64,000 nucleotides of DNA, taken from assembly GCA_012295275.1 (NCBI GenBank), contig CM022675.1, positions 15,934,001-15,998,000 of the forward strand, written 5' to 3'. Positions 53,201-64,000 of the stretch are shown here, piece after piece. The notes below the pieces were generated by a model. It ran no database searches. It saw nothing but the letters and a program-made list of their open reading frames with translations, and was not told where the DNA came from. Numbering within the stretch: the stretch's first letter is position 1; each line of letters starts with the position of its first letter. Origin of the DNA: Chrysomallon squamiferum (taxonomy: Eukaryota; Animalia; Mollusca). Position numbers and translations under genes: made by a program.

Positions 53201-56200
53201 ATTAATTAATTATTATCTAAGTAAGAAAGTAAGGAAGTACGTAAATAATGACCTAAGTAAGCAAGGAAGCAAGTAACTAAGTAAGTGAGAATGTAAGTAA
53301 GTACATTAACAATTATCTAAGGAAGAAGGACATTATGTGAGTTCGTAAATAATGACCTAAGTAAACAAGGGAAGCAAGTAACTAAGTAAAACTAAGAAAA
53401 TTGAATTATCTAAGTAAGAAGGTAAGTAAGTACGTAAACATTAACAATTATCTAAGGAAGAAACTAAGGAAGTGAGAATAAATAAGTACGTAAATAATGA
53501 CCTAAAGTAAAAAGGAAGGAAAATAAATGAACTAAGTAGTAAGAAAAAAAGTAAGAAAGTGAGAGTACATTAAAATTAACAATTATCTAAGAAAAAAATT
53601 ATGTGAAGTTCGTAAATAATGACCTAAGTAAGCAAAGGAAGCAAGTAACTAAGTAAGTGAGAAATGAAATAATTACATTAACAATTATCTAAGGAAGAAA
53701 AAAGGAAATAAAAGTAAGTTCGTAAATAATGACCTAAGTAAGGAAAAGGAAACAAGTAACTAAGTAAGTGAGAATGTGAGAATAAGTAAGTACATTAACA
53801 ATTATCTAAGTAAGAAAAGGAAATTATGTGAAGTTCGTAAATAATGACCTAAGTAAGCAAGGAAGCAAGGATAACTAACTAAGAAAGTGAGAATGTAAAT
53901 AATTACATTAACAATTATCTAAGTAAAAAAACATTAAGGAAGTACGTAAATAATGACCTAAGTAAGCAAAGGAAGCAAGTAACTAAGTAAAGTGAGAATG
54001 TAAGTAATTACATTAACAATTATCTAAGGAAGAAGGACATTATGTGAGTTCGTAAAATAATGACCTAAGAAGGAAGGAAACAAGTAACTAAGAAAGTGAG
54101 AGAATGAATGTAAGTAATTAACAATTATCTAATTAACAATTATCTAAGGAAAAAAGGACATTAAGTGAGTTCGTAAAAATAATGACCTAAGTAAGAAAAA
54201 AGAAGAAATAAACCTAAGTAACTAAACAAGTAACTAAGTGAGAATGTAAGTAAGTACATTAACAATTATCTAAGAAGAAGGACATTATGTGAAGTTCGTA
54301 AATAATGACCTAAGTAAGCAAAGGAAACAAGTAACTAAGAAAGTGAGAATGTAAGTAAGTACATTAACAATTATCTAAGTAAGAAAAGGACATTATGTGA
54401 GTTCGTAAAATAATGACCTAAGTAAGGAAGAAACAAAACAAAGTAACTAAGTAAAAGTAAGAATAAATAAGTAAATTAACAATTATCTAAGTAAATTATC
54501 TAAGGAAGTTCGTAAATAATGACCTAAGTAAAAAAGGAAACATGTAACTAAAGAATGTTAATTAATAATGACCTAACAATTAAGAAAGAAAAGTAAGAAA
54601 CCTAAGTAAGTAAGTAAGTAACTAATAAGTGAGAATGTAAGTAATTACATTAACAATTATCTAAGTAAAAAAAAGTATGTGAAGTTCGTAAATAATGACC
54701 TAAGTAAGTAAGGAAGAAAAAGTAACTAACTAAGTAAGTGAGAATGTAAGTAATTACATTAACAATTATCTAAGGAAGAAGGACATTATGTGAGTTCGTA
54801 AATAATGACCTAAGTAAGCAAGGAAACAAGTAACTAAGTAAAGTGAGAATGTAAGTAAGTACATTAACAATTATCTAAGGAAGAAGGACATTATGTGAGT
54901 TCGTAAATAATGACCTAAGTAAGCAAAGGAAACAAGTAACTAAGAAAGTGAGAATGTAAGTAATTACATTAACAATTATCTAAGTAAGAAAAAAAGTATG
55001 TGAAGTACGTAAATAATGACCTAAGTAAGCAAAGGAAGCAAAAAACTAAGTAAGTGAAATGTAAATAATTACATTAACAATTATCTAAGGAAAGAAAAAG
55101 GACATTATGTGAGTTCGTAAATAATGACCTAAAGAGGAAAGGAAACAAGTAACTAAGAAAGTGAGAATGTAAAGTAATTACATTAACAATTATCTAAGGA
55201 AGAAAGGACATTATGTGAGTTCGTAAATAATGACCTAAGTAAGCAAGGAAACAAGTAACTAAGTAAAGTGAGAATGTAAGTAAGTACACATTAACAATTA
55301 TCTAAGGAAGAAGGACATTATGTGAGTTCGTAAATAATGACCTAAGGAAACAAGCTAAAGGAAAAGAAAAGTAACTAAAAAACAATTAAGAAAGTAAGAA
55401 AGTAATGAAGTACATTAACAATTATCTAAAAAAACAAGAAACTAAGGAGAATTATAAAGTATCGTAAATAATAATAACCCTAAGTCAAAAGGAAGGAAGT
55501 AAAAAAGTAAACTAAAAAAAGTGAGAATGTAAGTAATTACATTAACAATTATCTAAGGAAGAAGGACATTATGTGAGTTCGTAAATAATGACCTAAGTAA
55601 GCAAGAAACAAACTAACTAAGAAAGTGAGAATGTAAGTAAGTACATTAACAATTATCTAAGGAAAAAAGGACATTATGTGAGTTCGTAAATAATGACCTA
55701 AGTAAAAGCAAAGGAAACAAGTAACTAAGTAAGTGAGAATGTAAGTAAGTACATTAACAATTATCTAAGGAAGAAGGACATTATGTGAGTTCGTAAATAA
55801 TGACCTAAGTCAGGAAGGAAACAAGTAACTAAGAAAGTGAGAATGTAAGTAAGTACATTAACAATTATCTAAGTAAAGAAGGAATTATAAAGTTCGAAAA
55901 TAATGACCTAAGGAAAGTACGTAAATAAAACCTAAGAAAAAAAACAAGTAACTAAGAAAGTGAGAAAAGTAATTACATTAACAATTATCTAAGGAAAGAA
56001 AACATAAAATATGTGAATCGTAAATAATGACCTAAGTAAACAAGGAAACAAACAAACTAAGTAAGAAAGTGAGAATGTAAGTAATTACATTAACAATTAT
56101 CTAAGTAAGAAGGACATAAGTAAAAGTACGTAAATAATGACCTAAGTAACCAAGGAAGGAAGCAAGTAACTAACTAAGTAAAAGTGAGAATGTAAGTAAG

Positions 56201-59200
56201 TACATTAACAATTATCTAAGGAAGAAGGACATTATGTGAGTTCGTAAATAATGACCTAAGTAAGCAAGGAAACAAGTAACTAAGAAAGTGAGAGAATTGA
56301 AGTAATTACATTAACAATTATCTAAAGAAAGAAAGTAAGTAAAGAGTTACGTAAATAATGACCTAAGTAAGCAAGGAAGGCAAGTAAGTAACTAAGAAAG
56401 TGAGAATAAAGTAAGTACATTAACAATTATCTAAGGAAGAAGGACATTATGTGAGTTCGTAAAGTTCGTAAATAATGACCTAAAGGAAGGAAGGAAACAA
56501 GTAACTAAAGAAAGTGAGAATGTAAGTAATTACATTAACAATTATCTAAGTAAGAAAGTAAATAAGGAAGTACGTAACGTAAATAATGACCTAAGTAACA
56601 AAGGAAGCAAAATTAAAAAACTAAGTAAGTGAGAATGTAAGTAAGTACATTAACAATTATCTAAGGAAGAAGGACATTATGTGAGTTCGTAAATAATGAC
56701 CTAAGTCAGCAAGGAAACAAGTAACTAAGAAAGTGAGAATGCAAGTAAGCACATTAACAATTATCTAAGTAAGAAAGAAATATAAATAAGTTCGTAAATA
56801 ATGACCTAAGTAAGCAAGGAAACAAGTAACTAAGTAAGTAAGAAAGTGAGAATGTAAGTAAGTACATTAACAATTATCTAAGGAAGAAAAAGGACATTAT
56901 GTGAGTTCGTAAATAATGACCTAAGTAAGCAAGGAAACAAGTAACTAAGTAAGTGAAAGAAGTAAACATTAAGTAATTACATTAACAATTATCTAAGGAA
57001 GAAAGAAAGTAAGTAAGTTCGTAAATAATGACCTAAGTAAGAAAAAGGAAACAAGTAACTAAGTAAGTGAGAGATGAATGTAAGTAAGTACATTAACAAT
57101 TATCTAAGGAAGAAGGACATTATGTGAGTTCGTAAATAATGACCTAAGTAAGCAAGGAAACAAGTAACTAAGAAAGTGAGAATGTAAGTAAGTACATTAA
57201 CAATTATCTAAGGAAAAGGACATTAAATGAAGAACGTAAATAATAACCTAAGTAACCTAAGGAAGCTAAGTAAAAGGAAAAAAAGTAACTAAGTAAGAAA
57301 GTGAGAATGTAAGTAAGTACATTAACAATTATCTAAGGAAGAAGGACATTATGTGAGTTCGTAAATAATGACCTAAGTAAGGAAGGAAACAAGTAACTAA
57401 CTAAAAAGTGAGAATGTAAGTAAGTACATTAACAATTATCTAAGTAAGAAAAACATTATGAAGTTCGTAAATAATGACCTAAGTAAGCAAGGAAACAAGT
57501 AACTAAGTAAGTGAGAATGTAAGTAATTACATTAACAATTATCTAGGAAGAAAAAATTATGTAAAGTAAATAATGATAAAAGAAGGAAACAAGTAACTAA
57601 AAATGTAAAAGTAACTAAGAAAGTAAACATTAAAATTACATTAACAATTATCTAAGTAAAGAAGAAAGTAAGGAAGTAATAAAAATAATGACCTAAGTAA
57701 GCAAGGAAGTAAGTAACTAAGTAAGTGAGAATGTAAGTAAGTACATTAACAATTATCTAAGGAAGAAGGACATTATGTGAGTTCGTAAATAATGACCTAA
57801 GTCAGGAAGGAAACAAGTAACTAAGAAAGTGAGAATGTAAGTAAGCACATTAACAATTATCTAAGTAAGAAAGTAAGGAAGTACGTAAATAATGACCTAA
57901 GTAAGCAAGGAAGCAAGTAACTAAGTAAGTGAGAATGTAAGTAAGTACATTAACAATTATCTAAGAAGGAAAAGGAGTACGTAAATAAAACCTAAATAAT
58001 GACCTAAGTAACAAAGGAAACAAGTAACTAAGTAAAAAGTGAGAATGTAAAGTAATTACATTAACAATTATCTAAGTAAGAAGGACAGTATGTGAGTTCG
58101 TAAATAATGACCTAAGTAAGCAAGGAAGCAATTAACTAAGTAAGTGAGAATGTAAGTAAGTACATTAACAATTATCTAAGGAAGAAGGACATTATGTGAG
58201 TTCGTAAATAATGACCTAAGTAAGGAAGGAAACAAGTAACTAAGAAAGTGAGAATGTAAGTAAGCACATTAACAATTATCTAAGTAAGAAAGTAAGGAAG
58301 TACGTAAATAATGACCCTAAGCAAAAACTAAGTAAAGAAAAGAAGAAGTAAGTAAATAACATTAACTAAGAAAAAAAAAAAGAAAGTAAAGTTAAGTAAA
58401 TTAACTAATTATCTAAGGAACAATTAAAAATAATGTAAGAATGAAATAATTAAATTAACAATTAAAAGAAAAATAAAGACAAGTAAATAAGAACCTAAGT
58501 AAAAACCTAGGAAGCGAGTAAGTAAATAAGTAACTAAGTAAGTGAGAATGTAAGTAAGTACATTAACAATTATCTAAGGAAGAAGGACATTATGTGAGTT
58601 CGTAAATAATGACCTAAGTCAGCAAGGAAACAAGTAACTAAGAAAGTGAGAATGCCAGTAAGTAAGTACATTAACAATTATCTAAAGGAAAAAAGGACAT
58701 AAGTATACCTAAGTGTAAGTTCGTAAATAATGACCTAAGTAAGCAAGGAAGCAATTAACTAAGTAAGTGAGAATGTAAGTAAGTACATTAACAATTATCT
58801 AAGGAAGAAGGACATTATGTGAGTTCGTAAATAATGACCTAAGTCAGCAAGGAAGCAAGGAAGAAACAAGTAACTAAACTAAGAAAGTAAGAATGCAAGT
58901 AAGCACATTAACAATTATCTAAGTAAGAAAGTAAGGAAGTACGTAAATAATGACCTAAGTAAGCAAGGAAGCAAGTAACTAAGTAAGTGAGAATGTAAGT
59001 AAGTACATTAACAATTATCTAAGTAAGAAAAATAGTAGGTAAGTACGTAAATAATGACCTAAGTAAGCAAGGAAGCAAGAAACTAAGTAACTGAGGATTG
59101 AAATAATTACATTAACAATTATCTAAGTAAGAAATTACATCAATAAGAAAATAATGACCTAAGTAAGGAAGGAAAAGTAAGTAAATACTAAGTAACTAAG

Positions 59201-62200
59201 TAAGTGAGAATGTAAGTAAGTACATTAACAATTATCTAAGGAAGAAGGACATTATGTGAGTTCGTAAATAATGACCTAAGTCAGGAAGGAAACAAGTAAC
59301 TAAGAAAGTGAGAATGCCAGTAAGCACATTAACAATTATCTAAGTAAGAAAGTAAGGAAGTACGTAAATAATGACCTAAGTAAGCAAGGAAGCAAGCATT
59401 AACTAAGTAAGTGAGAATGTAAGTAAGTACATTAACAATTATCTAAGGAAGAAGGACATTATGTGAGTTCGTAAATAATGACCTAAGTCAGGAAGGAAAC
59501 AAGTAAAAGAACAATAAAAAGTAAGTAAGTGAGAATGTAAGTAAGTACATTAACAATTATCTAAGGAAGAAGGACATTATGTGAGTTCGTAAATAATGAC
59601 CTAAGTAAGCAAGGAAACAAGTAACTAAGTAAGTGAGAATGTAAGTAAGTACATTAACAATTATCTAAGGAAGAAGGACATTATGTGAGTTCGTAAATAA
59701 TGACCTAAGTAAACGAAGGAAACAAGTAACTAAGTAAGTGAAACAAGTAATTACATTAACAATTATCTGAGAAATGTAAGTAAGTAAATAATGACCAAGG
59801 AATCAAAATTAACTAAGAAAAGAGATAATAATACATTAACAATTATCTAAGGAAGAAAAATTATGTAAGTTCGTAAATAATGAAAGAAAGGAAGGAGTAA
59901 ATAATTAAACTAAGTAAAAGTGAGAATGTAAGTAAGTACATTAACAATTATCTAAGGAAGAAGGACATTATGTGAGTTCGTAAATAATGACCTACCTAAA
60001 CAAGGAAACAACTAAACTAAGTAAGAAGTGAGAATGTAAGTAATTACATTAACAATTATCTAGGTAAGAAGGACAGTATGTGAGTTCGTAAATAATGACC
60101 TAAGTAAGCAAGGAAACAATAAACTAAGTAAGTGAGAATGTAAGTAAGTACATTAACAATTATCTAAGGAAGAAGGACATTATGTGAGTTCGTAAATAAT
60201 GACCTAAGTCAGGAAGGAAACAAGTAACTAAGAAAGTGAGAATGTAAGTAAGTACATTAACAATTATCTAAGAAGAAGGAAGTATGTGAAGTTCGTAAAT
60301 AATGACCTAAGTAAAGCAAGGAAGCAAGTAACTAAGTAAGTGAGAATGTAAGTAAGTACATTAACAATTATCTAGGAAGAAAGGAAATTATGAAAGTTCG
60401 TAAATAATGACCTAAGTAAAGCAAGGAAACAAGTAAACTAAGTAAGTGAGAATGTAAGTAATTACATTAACAATTATCTAAGGAAGAAGGAATTATGTAA
60501 GTTCGTAAATAATGACCTAAGTAAGCAAAGGAAACAAGTAACTAAAAAGTGAGAATGTAAGTAAGTACATTAACAATTATCTAAGGAAGAAGGACATTAT
60601 GTGAAGTTCGTAAAAATAATGACCTAAGTAAGGAAGGAAGTAAACAACTAAACTAAGAAAGTGAGAATGTAAGTAATTACATTAACAATTATCTAAGTAT
60701 CTAAGTAGAAGGAAAAGTTCGTAAATAATGACCTAAGTGAAGTAAATAATGAGAACCTAATTATCTAAGTAAAAAAAGTAAATAAAGTAACTAATTAACT
60801 AAGTAAATAAGAAGTGAGAATGTAAGTAAGTACATTAACAATTATCTAAGTAAGAAGAAGGACATTATGTGAGTTCGTAAATAATGACTAAAGTCAAGGA
60901 AAGGAAACAAGTACTAAGAAAGAAAGTGAGAATGAAAGTAAGCACATTAACAATTATCTAAGTAAAAAAGGAATTATGAAGTACGTAAATAATGACCTAA
61001 GTAAGCAAGGAAACAAGTAACTAAGAAAGTGAGAATGTAAGTAAGTACATTAACAATTATCTAAGGAAGAAGGACATTATGTAAGTTCGTAAATAATGAC
61101 CTAAGTAAGCAAGGAAACAAGTAACTAAGTAACTGAGAATTGAAATAATTACATTAACAATTATCTAAGTAAGAAAGTACATAAATAAGTTCGTAAATAA
61201 TGACCTAAGTAAACAAGGAACAAGTAACTAAGTAAGTGAGAATGTAAGTAAGTACATTAACAATTATCTAAGGAAGAAGGACATTATGTGAGTTCGTAAA
61301 TAATGACCTAAGTCAGGAAGGAAACAAGTAACTAAGAAAGTGAGAATGTAAAATAAAGTAAATTACATTAACAATTATCTAAGTAAAGAAAAGTAATTAG
61401 GAAGTTCGTAAATAATGACCTAAGTAAGCAAAGGAAACAAGTAACTAAGTAAGTGAGAATGTAAGTAAGTACATTAACAATTATCTAAGGAAGAAGGACA
61501 TTATGTGAGTTCGTAAATAATGACCTAAGTCAGGAAGGAAACAAGTAACTAAGAAAGTGAGAATGTAAGTAATTACATTAACAATTATCTAAGGAAGAAG
61601 GAAAGTAGGAAGTACGTAAAAATGACCGTAAATAATGACCTAAGTAAGCAAGGAAGTAAAAACAAAACTAACTAAGTAAGTGAGAATGTAAGTAAGTACA
61701 TTAACAATTATTATCTAAGTAAAAAAAATAATGAAAGTACGTATAAATAATGACCTAAGTAAACCTAAAGAAGAAGGAAACAAGTAACTAAGAAAGTGAG
61801 AATGAAAGTAATTACATTAACAATTATCTAAGTAAGAAAGGAAAGTAAAACGTAAATAATGACCTAAGTAAATAAGGACCTAAGTAACCTAAGTAAGTGA
61901 GAATGTGAAGTAATTACAAACAATTATCTAAGTAAAAAAAAAAAAGAATACGTAAATAAATACTAATTAACAATTATCTAAGGAAGAAGAAAATACATTA
62001 ACAATTATTATGTGAAGAAGTTGTGAGTTCGTAAATAATGACCTAAGTCAGGAAGGAAACAAGTAACTAAGAAAGTGAGAATGTAAGTAAGCACATTAAC
62101 AATTATCTAAGTAAGAAAGTAAGGAAGTACGTAAATAATGACCTAAGTAAGCAAGGAAGCAAGTAACTAAGTAAGTGAGAATGTAAGTAAGTACATTAAC

Positions 62201-64000
62201 AATTATCTAAGGAAGAAGGACATTATGTGAGTTCGTAAATAATGACCTAAGTCAGGAAGGAAACAAGTAACTAAGAAAGTGAGAATGTAAGTAAGTACAT
62301 TAACAATTATCTAAGGAAGAAGGACATTATGTAAGTTCGTAAATAATGACCTAAGTCAGCAAGGAAGCAAGTAACTAAGAAAGTGAGAATGTAAGTAAGT
62401 ACATTAACAATTATCTAAGTAAGAAAAAAGGAGTAAGTATTAATGAAGTTCGTAAATAATGACCTAAGTAAAACAAGGAAACAAAAACTAAGTAACTGAG
62501 AATGAAATAATTACATTAACAATTATCTAAGTAAAGAAGAAGGATAAATGTAAGAACGTAAATAATGACCCTAAGAAGGAAACAAGGAAACAAGTAACTA
62601 AGAAAGTGAGAATGTAAGTAAGTACATTAACAATTATCTAAGGAAGAAGGACATTATGTGAGTTCGTAAATAATGACCTAAGTAAGGAAGGAAACAAGTA
62701 ACTAAGAAAGTGAGAATGTAAGTAATTACATTAACAATTATCTATCTAAGAAAAGACATTATATGTAAGTTCGTAAATAATGACCTAAGTAAGCAAGGAA
62801 ACAAGTAACTAAGAAAGTGAGAATGTAAGTAAGTACATTAACAATTATCTAAGGAAGAAGGACATTATGTGAGTTCGTAAATAATGACCTAAGTAAGGAA
62901 GGAAACAAGTAACTAAGAAAGTGAGAATGTAAGTAAGTACATTAACAATTATCTAAGTAAGAAGGACATTATGTGAGTTCGTAAATAATGACCTAAGTAA
63001 GCAAAATAAAGTAAAGTAACTAAAGTAAGTGAGAATGTAAGTAAGCACATTAACAATTATCTAAGTAAGAAGGAAAGTAAGTACATAAATAATTACCTAA
63101 GTAAGCAAAGGAAAAAGAAATAAGTAAGAAAGTGAGAATGTAAAAAAAACAATTATCTAAGTAAGAAAGTAAGGAAGTACGTAAATAATGACCTAAGTAA
63201 GCAAGGAAGCAAGTAACTAAGTAAGTGAGAATGTAAGTAAGTACATTAACAATTATCTAAGGAAGAAGGACATTATGTGAGTTCGTAAATAATGACCTAA
63301 GTCAGGAAGGAAACAAGTAACTAAGAAAGTGAGAATGAGAAAAGTAAATTACATTAACAATTATCTAAGGAAGAAGGACATTATGTGAGTTCGTAAATAA
63401 TGACCTAAGTAAGAAGGAAACAAGTAACTAAAGAAAGTGAGAATGTAAGTAAGTACATTAACAAATTATCTAAAGAAGAATTAAGGACAGTATGTGAGTT
63501 CGTAAATAATGACCTAAGTAAACAAAGGAAACAAGTAACTAAGTAAGTGAGAATGTAAGTAAGTACATTAACAATTATCTAAGGAAGAAGGACATTATGT
63601 GAGTTCGTAAATAATGACCTAAGTAAGGAAGGAAACAAGTAACTAAGAAAGTGAGAATGTAAGTAAGTACATTAACAATTATCTAAGGAAGAAGGACATT
63701 ATGTAAGTTCGTAAATAATGACCTAAGTCAGCAAGGAAACAAGTAACTAAGAAAGTGAGAATGTAAGTAAGTACATTAACAATTATCTAAGTAAGAAGGA
63801 CAGTATGTGAGTTCGTAAATAATGACCTAAGTAATGCAAGGAAGCAAGTAACTAAGTAAGTGAGAATGTAAGTAAGTACATTAACAATTATCTAAGGAAG
63901 AAGGACATTATGTGAGTTCGTAAATAATGACCTAAGTAAGCAAGGAAGCAAGTAACTAAGTAAGTGAGAATGTAAGTAAGTACATTAACAATTATCTAAG
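50255..64000 (+). repeat. TAAG-rich tandem satellite, ~100/104-bp monomers, about 130 copies, running off the window
   Basis: Monomer gtaagtaagtacattaacaattatctaaggaagaaggacattatgtgagttcgtaaataatgacctaagtaagcaaggaagcaagtaactaagtaagtgagaat. The attaacaatt anchor recurs at 63671, 63775, 63880 and 63984. Confidence 0.98.

Noticed and set aside
46340-64000. CRISPR-like appearance of constant and variable alternation
   Set aside because: Eukaryotic context, no cas genes, and the variable parts are telomeric hexamers or satellite variants rather than unique spacers.

Overview
AT-rich, intron-rich animal genomic DNA (TTAGGG-type telomeric repeat; invertebrate, plausibly a mollusc) running from gene-containing sequence into satellite heterochromatin. 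Left to right: (1) an intact 11-coding-exon Lifeguard/TMBIM gene on the minus strand (CDS 11786->4084, 314 aa); (2) head-to-head with it, an intron-containing, doubly truncated, stop-riddled threonyl-tRNA synthetase pseudogene (13648-20055); (3) a DDE-transposase relic; (4) a ~16.4 kb imperfect palindrome (arms ~22957-29685 and ~33938-39328). Each arm carries an intact 4-exon gene for a 132-aa secreted Cys-rich protein (signal peptide, 4-Cys EGF-like, two ShK-like modules), which the ORF track misses apart from exon 1 of the left copy. The spacer holds a dead FLYWCH-MULE transposon; (5) a Tigger/pogo deletion derivative, a possible PHD-finger relic and two isolated AGAP/centaurin-gamma exons; (6) ~3.9 kb of composite satellite in which a ~140-bp conserved spacer alternates with variable-length (CCCTAA)n tracts; (7) at least 13.7 kb of a TAAG-derived ~100/104-bp satellite with higher-order structure. 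All exon calls were made by manual translation and splice-site and phase checks. Family assignments come from recalled motifs, not database searches.
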